This document shows, in pieces, positions 1 to 14,160 of a stretch of DNA of 64,000 nt. The notes below the pieces were generated by a model. That model saw only the letters and a list, made by a program, of their open reading frames with translations, was not told the DNA's origin and did no database searches. Source of the stretch: Orbicella franksi. Taxonomy: Eukaryota. The stretch's first letter is position 1; every line of letters begins with the position of its first letter. Made by a program: the position numbers and the translations under genes. The DNA lies in the NCBI GenBank assembly GCA_964199315.1, contig OZ116702.1, positions 5,332,001-5,396,000 of the forward strand, written 5' to 3'.

Positions 1-2340
1 TGCGCACTGATCTTTTTGCCGTCATGTGCAGGACTCATTCGAGGGCGGCTCTTAATTAAGGCCAGTACTTTCTCATTCAAGTAAATTCACTAATCATTTG
101 ACAGAGGTGCCATTTTAGATAATATTTTATAGATTAAACGATTTGTAAATGCTTAAGGGTGTTAGTACCAACAGAAGAGTTTTCAATGCAAGGCTTATGA
201 AAGTTCGATGGGTGTTCTTAACAGTTGTTTTGAAGTTATTTCTTGTACATAAAGTAACAAAAAGATTTACAGAGTTTAGTGAGAAAGATCTCCCTTCACC
301 CCCACTCCACCCCACCACTTGCCAAAACAAACTGCCAAGCAGTTCCTTTCTGTGGATTTTGTTCTCAAGAAATACTGACTATTTAAGGAGAATTTGAAAA
401 CTGTGCTTAAAATTTTTGTCGCCCATTAGTCATTAAGCAGATCTAGGTTGTCAGTAATTTGAGAGGCGTGTTTTAAGTGTATCACTACATAAAATGTTGT
501 CACTTACAGAAATGATTGTCCGGTATATTTTTATTGAAAGAAGTTTGATCGTTTTTCACTGCCAAGAATGGTTCAAAGAAAGGGACTGGTTCAATCTCCT
601 AATTAAGTTAAAAGTTGAGGATTTAGTATAACATGTAATCACACCTCTAACTAGCCCAATATGGAAATAATTGGATGAAAAAACTCCAGGGACTAACAGA
701 ATAAGACAAGGCCACAGGCTGAGTCTATTTTAGCAGTCGGGAATTTTTTTGTAATTCTATTTTCCCAAATTGGACTAGAATTTAATTGTATTACCTAATA
801 ATAATTTATTGTTATTTTGGGCTGATGATATAAATACCTGTGTTATTGGCAATTGCTGGAATAACTTATTGAATTCAGGTTTGTTAATAATTTATTATTT
901 ATAATTGTACACTAACCAATAGTATTGTTTGAACCTTTTTCAGTTGGGCTTGAAATTTACCAGTGAAGATTGTTATTAGAAGTTTTATATCAATGGTAAT
1001 TTTCCATGTATGGAAAATTTGACACCAAGAGTAGAAGTGAACATTTAAAAGTTGCATTCAACAATTTTCCATGTTTTTTTTTTTTTGCGCTGTCATGTAA
1101 GCAAACATTGTTAAAGTTCATTCATGTAATTTTTGAAGACATTTCTTTTGACTTCCTTACTGTTAAATTCTTTGCCTCAGTTGAGTTTTAGTTCAATTTT
1201 TTTCATTCTAATTTATGGTTAAAATTAATAATCCTGAAAAATTAGCAGAAGTGCGTGCTTCATTAAGAGTGCTTATGAACATCTAGATCATGTTTTATTT
1301 ACTGTTCTTTTTTGAAGTTTTAATTCTTACAACATTGGAATCATGAGTCACAAGATAACTTTTATCTTTATAGGTGGAGAAGAACAATAAAGGTGTTAGA
1401 ATTGGTACTCTTCCCTTTGTCTTAATTCACAGTAAACGGTGTTAGAGAACAGGTACCTTACTGCTAGTTTGGTTTGCACTCATATTCTAATAAGTTGAAG
1501 ACCTTGTTTTGTAAAATTGGCACCTTCCAGTGTAAGTTTCATAGAAAACTAAAACAATGAAAATGACAGCAGAAAACAAATTTTTACTAAAGGTGCTCTG
1601 ATTCGTGTTCTTGGTAACAGACTGACACTACCTTAAACTGAGGCGATTGTGGGGAGTCTTTTTGCGTGCTAATGACAGCGGTCTCTTGTGAATGATATTC
1701 CCCCAGGCCGTGATATGATATTCCCTGATATTCCCTCCATTGCAAGCTAGTTCCAGCTCTATAAAACTGAGAATATGAGTATGGCCTAATAGGAACTGTC
1801 CAAATATATTCAGGGAGACAACTCTATTTTATTTTGACATAAGTTAAGCGTGCAGTGTGAGGCCAATGTACCAGTTTGACTAACGTTTTTACGTCCTTGT
1901 TGCTACCCAATTCGAAAAATGTGATGATTCATTTGGGATGTTACGGTGATTGTTCTTTATTTTTTATACGTGCTCCCATGTAATCAGTGCTTGTGGCAAA
2001 TTTAACCTTGCAAATGAATCATTGCATGGTCTGAATTGGGCTGCAACAAGGATGGTAGCTGAATCTGTCTACTTGGAATCACGAGTATGACTGCTCCTTG
2101 GATACTAAGACCATTTTACAGTTATCTGTTCAGTGACCTGGCCTTTGAATGGCAGCAAAGCTGGATGTGACCTTGTTTTGATACAGACCTCACTGCTTTT
2201 GTTGTGTAAATCAAGTTGTTCTAATGCTACCAAGGTGCATTTACATGACCATTCAAAGGCCAGGTCACCAAGCAGACAACTGTAAAATGGTCTACTGTAT
2301 GACTCAAGCTCCTTTAACTCCAATCTATGATATTAATCAT

Positions 2341-2611
2341 CCGGGATAGGGGTGCTTTTACTTTTTAGGGATTAAAAACACAGTTTTGGTACCTGTTAGG
2401 GTGGTCAGCCTCAAATGGTCCACAGCAGGAACTTTTGTGGTACCGTTTAGGGTGTTGAGGTGAAAAAATTTGACAGAAGACAATGTGTTGTTTTAGAATT
2501 GGTACCTCAGTAGTGGTGAAAAACATTTCAAGCCACAGCTACAAAACAGGATCTTGGTACCTCAGGGATTTTTTTTCAAAATTTCCTTTTTATATGGGAG
2601 TTCCCCTGGGT
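2341..2611 (+). mobile_element. MITE-like interspersed repeat (same family as 41584-41895)
   Basis: Aligns by eye with 41584-41895 (cagcctcaaa.ggt.cacag, ttttagaatt..tacctc, gaaaaacatttcaagcca, ggatcttggtacctc, atggga). Confidence 0.65.
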
Positions 2612-3667
2612 CATAAACATCCATTAAGAATGAATAATAGACATTTGTATGAACCATTTCTGACCACTGAGCCACTAAGAACTCTTAACAAGCTTGGTCG
2701 TTACACTTGGCTCAATTCCCAGAGACCCAGGTGCTGTTGTTATTTTCTGATGACCGTGCTCTCTTGAGTGTAGCTGATTGTCATTTTGTTAATATTTCAA
2801 TGCACTGCTTACTTCACATATTGCTGTCAATACTAATTGTGAGAGAGCCTTTATAATTCCATCAGTTTTGCAGAAGACTTTCCTAGAAATTGAGCTGTGA
2901 ACCGACTCCAAAGGGTGAGGGACTACCTTCAATAACAAATATCCACTGACAAAACAAACCAGAAAATGACAATCAAAGTAAGTAAATGTTATTTTCTTGA
3001 AATGGAGCCATCGTGGAAATTTTTCGAAGCTCCTTGGTGGATGCAAATATTTGAAAAAAAAAACAAAATGGAAAAATAGAACTTCGCTCACCAAACCCTC
3101 TGCAAAAGATCTGGTCAACTAAAGGCACTTCATAATTTAAGCCTATAATGGGAAAGTTCGAGTTCCAATGATTCAAGTGATGCATTAGGTGGTTTTACAT
3201 CTTCAATGGAGGGAATATTTTGTTGACCCATGAAAATCACAGACAAATTTATTCTCTGTATACCACAAGCATACCAGGCAATTTTGGACAATATCTCCTG
3301 TGAATAAATAAACAATACCTTCCAATTTGGCACTAAAATATGCTTGGATATTTGCCTGTGGACATTACCTGTTTTGCAAAGCAGTTTTCTGAGAGCATGG
3401 CTCAAGGAAAACTGTGAGGACAAGGACACAAATCTGAGCATATTTTTGCATCAAAATTATGGAAACATTGTGTTGATATCTACCCTTCAAATTTTTTTGT
3501 GTTGTAGACAGAAATTTACCCATATAATGTGGCCCGAGTCACAGACAATCTACACTGCTGGTATATGTGAGTGTCCAGCTGCACCGCAGGTTAATGTAAT
3601 GAAGTAATTGTTGGTTACAATGAAGGTTACAGCTTGCACACTTAGCAACTTTCAGAAATTGCAGACA

Positions 3668-3932
3668 GGAGTGTGGTAAATGCGCTCCAGATCGTGTAAC
3701 CTGGGTTTCAACCTTGGCTGAGGACATTGCGTTATGCTCTTAGGCAAGACACTTAACTCTCACAGTGTCTCTCTCCACCCAGGTGTAGAAATGGGTAACT
3801 TTAATGCTGGGGGCAACCCTGTGAAGGACTAGTATCCCATCCAGGGGGGAGTAGAAATACTTCTAGTCCTTTCATGCTACAGAAACCGGGATAAGCTCCA
3901 GCCTGGTGAGCCTCTTGGCTTGTATGCAGACT
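3668..3932 (+). mobile_element. tRNA-derived CORE-like SINE
   Basis: Degenerate A/B-box head, CORE-like ggcaagacacttaactctcacagtg.ctctctccacccaggtgta, and tail ending gcagact. Further copies at 13045-13243, 9110-9292 and 52648-52742. Confidence 0.7.
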
Positions 3933-4638
3933 GTGTCAGGGGCCTAAGGTTAGGTATTTTATAACGGAATGAGTGTAAAACAGTATGGCTCTAACATCTT
4001 CATAATTTGTTTTATCATGGGAGACAAAAACAGGATACTAAAAAATAAGAAGCTTGAGTGAAACGCATGTTTATTTCAGCCCAAAGCTGCATTCATGCAT
4101 TAAATAACAACATGTACTTAATATATGCAAATATACATCTGACACAAGCCATGGGTTAATCATTTTTAACTGCACAACTTCCATACTGGTACATTCCTGA
4201 TCAATTTCATTTTTTCATTCTCAGTTAGTTTCATTTCAACTACTAACTACTAATCATTGACCCCCTTCTCCCTTGATTTTTTTCCCTAATTCTCGCCTTG
4301 ACTAGAAGGTTATGACGGTAGTTCACTCGTACGGGAATGCTTGCTGCTCAGGCTAAGCAGCATTAATCAACAGGTTATATTGATTAATAAAGAAAGAAAG
4401 CACAACTTTTGCAAAATAAGCAATCATAGAAAACGTAATTGGCACAGTATCTTTTTTCCTGTTTTTTTTTTTTCCATTTAAATTTAAAAAAATGCATTTG
4501 TTAAGGTATGTATAAATAAACATTTCTGAAATTCATTTTAGCTACTGCTATAAGTGCATCGCCAAAGAAAATATTTCCACAAAATGTGCATGCTGATAAA
4601 GTGACAAGCTATAAAGGTTAAAATGTTCCAGTGTGCTG

Positions 4639-6215
<1,577 letters not shown>

Positions 6216-6782
6216 TTTTGTAAATGAAATTGAAAAGCTCTCTCGTAGTCCGAATACGCTAGTTTATGGGTCTTCCTTCTTGACTGAAGCTTGATCGTCA
6301 TAACATCGGGTCCAGTCTTCTAGCCGTGATGACATCATATTCTAAACGCGGAATGCACGACGTAAAAGTCCCGGGTTATATCATATTCCGCAAACAGAGT
6401 ATAAATTTCAACTCTGAAAAGATCTTAATGGATCAGTTTTATATTTCTTACGGTGATAAATGTCATGTTATCAATTTTCTATAAGGCCCGCTACCTTTAC
6501 CACTCCCCCGCCCCAACCCCTCAGCACAAGCACACGCACACTACCCTAAGACTGAAAAATAAAATATAAAACTTGAATGAAATCAATTCGTTTTATCATT
6601 TCACTGAATGTAAAATAAATAATAAAAATATCTTTATTTGTAGAAAATGCCATTCATTCGTGTTGGTCAATTATTGGCTTTCTTGACAATTGACAGCGAG
6701 CCTTGTTTTGCTGACCAATCAGATTTGAGAGTTGTTATATAATACTTCCAGCCAATACTATTTTTCCCGCGATAATACCAAC
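6216..6782. promoter_or_regulatory. Putative bidirectional promoter/5'UTRs between LITAF and POFUT2
   Basis: The divergent ATGs at 6215 (-) and 6783 (+) are 567 bp apart. CCAAT boxes lie near 6715 and 6752, and the start context is ACATGGCGG. TSSs cannot be seen from sequence. Confidence 0.55.
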
Positions 6783-9700
6783 ATGGCGGTTGAATGGAAG
6801 TTGTTCCCTGTTTTCTTTTTAGTATTAAGTCACCGTTCAGCCGTTTTCAGCGAAGATTTGGATGACGATTATATTGCATTTGAACCTTCAAGTCAGCATG
6901 GTCTAAATGTCGATTCATTGCAAGCAAATAATGGAACACAATCACACAGTAAGAGGTACCTACTCTACGATGTGAATCCTGGAGAGGGGTTCAACCTCAG
7001 GCGTGATGTGTACATGAGAGTGGCAAATATGATGAAACTCCTTCGAGAGAAGCAGAACTGGGTCCTTGTCGTTCCACCGTGGAGAAAATTGTACCACTGG
7101 CGATCCCCGATCGAACAAAACGCGCTCCCTTGGCGAACATTTTTCGACCTGGAAAGCTTGAATCGATACGTTCCTGTCATAGAATTCGAAGACTTTGTTA
7201 AAGAAACCGGCGAGCCGGCTTTAGACGAAATCCTTTATTTACAGGGCTACGCCGAGGGCTGGAAAGACGGACATTGGGAAGAAAAAATAGATGATAGAGA
7301 TTGCATTGACAGACCTGTTTACCACAAGGATGAGGACGGCCTTTATCGCGGGTACTTTTGGGGGATGGACGATGTCTTCGCGCGTAAATTTAAATGCCTA
7401 TCTGTCCAGGGTACCGCAGCCATATTGGTTCCTACACTCGAAAAGACCAAATCAAGGTTGGATTATTTTTAATTTGAATTTTTTACTGACACCTTTTTTG
7501 GAGTACATTACATGTTGGATTTTGCGTCGCATTGAAGTTAAGTTATTTATATTGATAGCTCAAAGATCAAAGGGACTTGAAATGAATTCAATTCCACGTG
7601 TCAACCTCTTTGTTTTTCACTGGTATGTTATGGCTAGTCTTAGGAAATTCCCACAAGGGGTGGAAGATAACCTTAAAATAGGTTTCAAAGTTAATCGTTC
7701 TCATTTAATTCGTGTACATTTTGTGGCATTACTGAAGTTATTTTAGTCAGTGAATCGACAGACTGCTTTTAATTGAAAAATGATTGTTATAATGACTTGA
7801 CACAAAAATAACAAAGAAGATTCCATTTGATTTTTTTCATTTCTATGGAATAAAAATTTTATTATCAGTGTTGAAAATTATAATTTTTTAAAAGAAAAAT
7901 TTATCAAATAGCTTAAGAGAAATTATTTACTTGGTCTACATTTAAGACAATATATGGGTACTTTTTAAACAGCGAATTGAAGATACACATGACCTGTGCA
8001 TTGTTTTCTTTTTATACAATTACACAAAGGTATCATACGTAGCATTTCTTTGAAACTTCATGTAACCTGAAAAGATTTAAATTAGCTACTTTACAGTTCA
8101 TAGGATAGCCATGAAGGGTTCTGCTCCACCAATTTCCATTGCAGCTCTTTGCTATCTACTATTGTTATCAACTGGAGAATGTTATCTTTCATTTGACAAC
8201 ATGAGAGCCTGACAGAAGAGATTTTAAGAGACTCTTATATTTGTATGACAATGACGCAGTGATTTTTGAATGACCTTTAAAAGGAAAACCAAACATTTTA
8301 CATTTCACCTTCATGTTGCACCATTCTTACGTGCACTAATAACAGCTTCTGATGGCTGTAATGTACACAGCACACGCTGGTTGAGAAAAACCATGGAGGG
8401 GTGTTGCTGCAATATTGCCTTTTCGGCAAAGGAAAGTGAGGTTGGAGCTACTGAAATATTTTGATACATGGACTTTTCATTTCTGGACTCCCATGTAGTC
8501 TGGATTCAAGCCTGCAGCTTAGCAATCAGTCTCCAATTAACACTTGTACACTCCACAGGCTCTCTAAAGTATTTTATTATTTTTCACTGTATTCCAGATC
8601 GGTGTTTGTAGACAGATTTGAGGAAGTGTTGCACATCATTTATGGAGAGAAGGATTACTGGGAGGTAGTGTAACTTGTGTTTTTTCGATGTTTTGTTTTT
8701 ATTGTTTCAGGTCTGTGTTTGTTGACAGATTTGAAAAGGTTATGCACATCCATTATGGTCAGGTGGAGTTTTATAAGGTAACCCCTAATTTTTCAATAAG
8801 TCTTACCTGAGAATTTTAACTTTATTACTGCAAAAGATTGACTTAACTCCTCTTTATTAGAATCTTAAAATAAACCCCTGCTACCTCTTTAAAATAAATT
8901 TGAACCTTTTTGCAAAATAAGCCATTCTTTGTTGGTTTTTTAGGACACCATCCCTCAGTAGGTCAAGTCTCCCTTTGGCCTAAGTGGCCAATACTGTTAG
9001 GTGTTTGTATTGTGTAGGAGCAATCTGCTACCCCTCCCCCCTGTGTTGCATTTAAGGCTATTGCAGGTACCTCTCCCTGACAGTTTGCTTAGAAGGGTCA
9101 TGATGGTGCTGTGTCCTTAGATGGGACACGTGTAGGCGTATAAATGCAAACTGATGAATTCAATGGTGGGTAGAAACTAAGCGATGGACTTGCATCCCAC
9201 CCAGGAGAGTAGAGATATTCCTGATCACCTCATGCTGCTGAACCAGATATAAGTGAAGGCCTGATGAGCCACAAGCGGGTGAAGATCCTTACCAGTTCCC
9301 ACCATTTTATGGAAATCAGTCAGCTTTTTCAGAATGACTCAGAAACCCAGGAAAGGGGACTTAAGGGAGTTTAGATCTTTGGCATTTTGGCACTTGTTGC
9401 TTCTGAAGTTGGTCATCATTTATCCTATATCTGCCCCTGACTATGCTTATATGCATATTTTATACCTTTGATATACTTTGTCCCAGTATTATAAGAACAA
9501 ACAAGATGTTGATCAATCTGGGTTAATATTTGTCACAGGCGAGAAGAAGCCTTGTGTTTGCCAAGGACTTAAGAGAAGAAGGAGACAAATTTCGCAGAGA
9601 AGTGTTAAAATCAGATGATGAGAGAGATGCAACTGTCATGGATGCTGACTGGACAAAGAACCAGAAAAAGGAAGGAACTGCCAAGGGAGGTCCGTACCTA

Positions 9701-11714
9701 GCTGTTCACATGAGGAGAGCTGATTTCCTATATGCTCACCCTGATGGTGTCCCGTCACTGGACAATGCTGTGAAACAGATTAAGGAGATTCTCAAGAAAG
9801 AAAAGCTGAAGATGGTTTTCCTTGCAACTGATGCAGATAAAGAAGGTGATTCTTTAACACTTCTGGCAGCTAACTACAGTTTAATTTCCAGGAGTGTTCA
9901 AAATTCATTTTCTCATGGGAACACCAACATGTTATCAAGCAAATAAAAGAGATAAGAATAAAGGGATAAGTGAACAAAGTGATATTGTCTCAATGCACCA
10001 CCAACTTCTCGGAATTGACGCTAAAAGAACTATATGGCTGTCTGGTCTTGAACTTGGGACTGAAACGGTTGAAACCCTTTCATTCTCAATAGTGCTGAAG
10101 TAAGGAAATCGTGAATGAAAGAATTTACATTCAGTTTACAGAAATTATACACAAAACATACAGCTGAGTAGTCTGCTGGCAGCCGGTTTTTCTCTAAGGG
10201 TCACTAGGATGAGTGTTTAGTCATCGTGAACACAAAAGAGCAGTATGGTGGTGGCCGAGCAGGGAAGAAGGCTGGACAAGGGCAGTATGCCGCGCCCATG
10301 TCTCGTCCCATTCCCCTTTAGCCAAAACGTCTCGCCAAATAACCCGTACTGAATTTCGAGAGAAAAACAGACTGCCAGGAGTGTAACAGCTGACCTGCAA
10401 CAAATCTTTGCCCAATCAGCTTTCATTTGAATGGTTACTAACATTGGGGCTTATTATAAATTACTTAAATCTCCCAGTACGGCACAATAAATAGTATGTA
10501 CCGCATGAAACTGCTGCTCAATAGCTTTCATTTTATGGTCACTCACTAAGGGTTTATTGACAAACCAAAAAGTTAGTACCACATGAAAGTACTGCTCCTG
10601 AGTAGCCTTTATTAGGGGTGGTGAATGGTAAATGCTAGACACTCAGCTAGAAGTTGTGACCAGCATTTTTCTTTGCATACCCTGAGACATTTTGACTTCT
10701 TCAAATGCAAGACTGAGACTTCAAAGTGTTTTAAATGTAAGCTTGAGAAGTTCAGGTTCTAAGATGTTCAGACATCATTTATATATAATAAAAAACAATT
10801 GGTACTTGAAGACTTTCTTGGTCTAACTTGCAAAAAAATCAAGACTGTGAGGTGAACATGACCGCTAAAAAATGAGACTGCAAGACCTGGGAAATTCGAC
10901 AAAAATTTGGCCAGACACGTGGTTTTTGAAGGACCATTTGCTGCCCCTTTTATTAAATGGTCCCACACTAGGGTTTATCCACAGACTGAAAGGTGTTTTA
11001 ACTGTACTATTAAGTTCAGTCTTCGGGAGGTAAGGGCTTAAAAGAGCACTTGCTGGAAATTTAACTATCATTAACCAATACTCATTGGAAGAATTTGGTT
11101 TTTTCCCTGATGATCAGAATTTCCTTTTAACTCCACACAAGCAATATTCTCTCTCTGTTGATTGAAAATATTGAACTGACAATTGAATTGAAGATATTGG
11201 TCTATCATGTAGGAAGCCCATGTTCTCCTAGTACAAAAGTTTTTCAAAGCACTTTTGCAACCAACTCTTCTCAGTCCTACACAAAATGTTTATGCCAATC
11301 AATTTGGAACACATTTTGTCAATCTGCTCTCAAGCTTTTAATATATCAAGTTCTTCAGGAATAGAGCGCACTCCAATTAGCTCCAAGCAACACTAAGAAT
11401 AATAGACAACACTAACAATAATTCCTTGTCTTTCAGATGTAAATTATTTGAAGAGCAAGCTGCCCCTTGTGAAGTATGACCCTCCAAAAGAAATTTTGAA
11501 AAATTACCGTGATGGAGGAGTAGCCATCATTGATCAGTGGATTTGTGCCCATGCACAATACTTTGTTGGAACATGTGAATCTACTTTTTCATTCCGTATT
11601 CATGAAGAGAGAGACATATTAGGTTTCCATGGTGACAAGACTTTTAATTGTCTCTGTGGCGATAACAAAATTGGAAAATGTGAACAACCATCAAGGTGGA
11701 GAGTAGTATATTAA
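6783..11714 (+). CDS. POFUT2: GDP-fucose protein O-fucosyltransferase 2 (about 441 aa); exons 6783-7456, [8598-8664 or 8711-8777], 9539-9845, 11437-11714
   Basis: Signal peptide; YDVNPGEGFNLRRDVYMR; GGPYLAVHMRRADF; IIDQWICAHAQYFVGTCESTFSFRIHEER; WRVVY C-terminus. All junctions are GT-AG with consistent phases (2,0,1); the CDS is 1326 nt when one version of exon 2 is used. Confidence 0.95.
8598..8664 (+). CDS. POFUT2: POFUT2 alternative exon 2a (SVFVDRFEEVLHIIYGEKDYWE)
   Basis: Acceptor ttttcactgtattccag, donor GAG|gtagtg, 67 nt, in frame with exons 1 and 3. Homologous to human [22 protein letters not shown] (recalled). Confidence 0.75.
8711..8777 (+). CDS. POFUT2: POFUT2 alternative exon 2b (SVFVDRFEKVMHIHYGQVEFYK)
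   Basis: Acceptor ttttattgtttcag, donor AAG|gtaacc, 67 nt, same phases as 2a, 13/22 aa identical to 2a. Confidence 0.75.
9110..9292 (+). mobile_element. Degenerate SINE copy in POFUT2 intron
   Basis: gatggact.gcatcccacccagg.gagtaga...catgct...gcctgatgagcc matches the 3' half of the SINE. Confidence 0.55.
10168..10385. mobile_element. Short MITE-like repeat (agtctgctggcag ... cagactgccaggag)
   Basis: Degenerate inverted termini in a POFUT2 intron. Confidence 0.4.
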
Positions 11715-12018
11715 ACTAACAAAACTACTGCCTAGATTTCAAATTGCATATTTTCAAGTGGGTGGGTAGCCAGTGGATTTTATTGATGACAGGAGTAAGA
11801 TATTTTGTGCAAATTTATTGAGGTTATTAAATATTTTCTGGGAGATGGTTTCAACTGATTGTGGATAATTAATTATTTTGCAAAAATGAGTAAAGGAAAA
11901 CAATACTTTTTTTAAAAAATTATAATACCAATGTGAATTGAAGAGATCAGATCCTTGCAGTTGTGCTTGCTATTCTTACTTACAAAATATCCGCCAAACT
12001 AGCCCATCTAGGATTTGC

Positions 12019-12385
12019 GGATCATGTGTACTAAAGGCATCCGCAGTCGAGTGTTGATCGATACCCGTTATTGATCCTTGATCAACACTCAATTGACATC
12101 TAGATCAACACTTGATCAACCTCCTGACTGATACTTGGCTGACATTCGGTTGACACTCGATAAACATCTAAATCGACGCTCGAACGACAGTCGGTCAATA
12201 ATTGGCTGAATGTCAACTGACCCATATAAATTGATCGATACCAAATGGTATGTCTGCAAAAATTAGTGGACACTCCACCGACTGTCAACCAATATGTCAA
12301 TCATGTGTCGATCAAGTGTCAATTGAGGATCGATAGAGGGCATCGATCGACACTTGACGGTGTATGCCTTTAGTATACATGATCC
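12019..12385. mobile_element. MITE with about 48-bp TIRs (ggatcatgtgtactaaaggcat... / ...atgcctttagtatacatgatcc)
   Basis: Clear inverted termini; interior rich in tcga/tcaa subrepeats. Confidence 0.7.
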
Positions 12386-12439
12386 GAATTTTCTTCCTCT
12401 CCTAACACCCTACTTGATTAGGGAATTTTACTTTATGAC

Positions 12440-12850
12440 CCTCCTGGGAACTTGATAACCTGTTTTGAAAGTACTTTAAAATTTAAATCAAACCCCCAAA
12501 GGAGACTAATCTGGGTGTTGCTTGGGCTTTATTTGACCCTTAAAAGACCCTAAAAGATACCACTTAAAACTTAATAGGTTCTTTTACCGGCTGCTGTTCT
12601 GGAAAGGAGCCCGCACTAGTAGACTGCACTTGAGAGACCGTTAGAAATCGAGTGTAAAAACAGAAATAAGAGCATTTTTCATTATCAGCTCATCGAGTGC
12701 AGCCTAAAAGATACTTTGACAGTTAAAAATGGCGGCATTTTGTCATGAATACCCTGAGACCAGAATAAAATTTCCTCTTGATCTATACCCCTAAGTGAGA
12801 CAATGAGCATCCCCAACCCTTTACTGTGGGAGTCCCCCCCCCCCCCTCCA
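12440..12850. mobile_element. MITE-like repeat sharing the right end (gagcatcccc...tgggagtcccccc) with 41584-41895
   Basis: Terminal similarity; non-coding interior. Confidence 0.45.
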
Positions 12851-13044
12851 GGTGCATTCTTTTTGAGATTGATTTACTATTTTAAGCACTTGCAAAGACA
12901 TCTGTTGAGGGCTGCAGTAGTGCTCAAGCCCTAATGGCTGAGAGCCAACCATGTTGTTACAATATGCCTGTGAGGTTATAATGGCTGAGAGCCCACCATG
13001 TGACCTGCAAATAACTGCCTACAAATAATGGTCTGGTAATGCAT

Positions 13045-13243
13045 GTTCTTGGGCAAGACACTTCACCCTCACAGTGCCTCTCTCCTCCCAGGTGTATAAT
13101 TAAGCATCGGCAAACTTAATGCCGAGGGTAACCCTGTGATGGACTAGCATCCCATTCAGGGGTGAGTTAAGTCACTTCATTCTACAGAAACCGGGATAAA
13201 CTTTGGCCCAGTGGACCACTTGGCTCATAAGCAGACTCTACCC
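13045..13243 (+). mobile_element. SINE copy (5'-truncated)
   Basis: Matches the 3668-3932 body and tail. Confidence 0.7.
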
Positions 13244-13716
13244 TCATGCGTAGTACAGTCTAAACATGTTTTGCTACAAATAATATTCTGTGCATGCATA
13301 ATTTTAACCACACTCTAATGTGAAAAATGGCAGATATCTTCCCAGAGCTGTGGGAGAGTGAGTTAAATATGAAAACAAACTTGATAATCAAATGATAAAA
13401 CAAAATTATTATTGAACTCAGTTATTGCAAAATATTGTGAATTGATCAAATAATTGATCTGCTCCCCACTGACAAATCAAGATATTTTGCTCCCCTGATA
13501 GGAACAGTTTTTACTTGTTGTTTCTATTAATAATAAAATTATGGGTGGCAGGATGCCTGTATGCAAATATCAGTGTTTGTAAGGAAGTTTGCTAAATAAA
13601 GGAGTAATCATCCAAATATATAAAGTCGTTCAAGAGTGTTTTCCACTTTCTTAGCTGTCCCAGTAGAGGACACTCGCGTAGTCAATCTAAATGTTCACAG
13701 GAAGAATCATAGCCAT

Positions 13717-13909
13717 TGTCACTAGGAAGATGAATATGGTTCCAGGAAAGCTGGGTTATTGGAAATTTCAAGGGGGAGGGGGGTCCCAGAAGCCAAAATT
13801 TTTAACAGAATGTATGAACCAAACCTGGACTTTCTAGGAGGGATTGTCGGTGGGGGGACCAAATGTCTGTCCACTGGAAGGGTATGGATATTTTCTGGAA
13901 CACAATGCA
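13717..13909 (-). mobile_element. MITE fragment (ttccagaaaatatccatacc family), reverse copy
   Basis: Reverse complement aligns with 13998-14160. Confidence 0.55.
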
Positions 13910-13997
13910 CAATAAAAATTGGCTTATGTTAACTTGCTGTGATTTATAAACATTCCAGATTGACTTGGCTTCTTTCTGCTGACACTTTTCCTTAACA

Positions 13998-14160
13998 CTG
14001 TGGTGTTACAGAAACTATCCATACCCTCCCACAGAAGGTTTTTTTGTTTTGAACCCTCCCATTCCTCTGGGAATTCCTATTTAGCTTCATATTTTCCTTT
14101 CAAAATTTTGGCTTTTGAAATCCCCCTCCCTCTCAGAATTTTCAATAACCTTCCTGGAAC
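13998..14160 (+). mobile_element. MITE fragment (same family), forward copy
   Basis: gttacagaaactatccataccctccc...tttggcttttgaaatccccctccc...aattt.caataacc. Confidence 0.55.
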
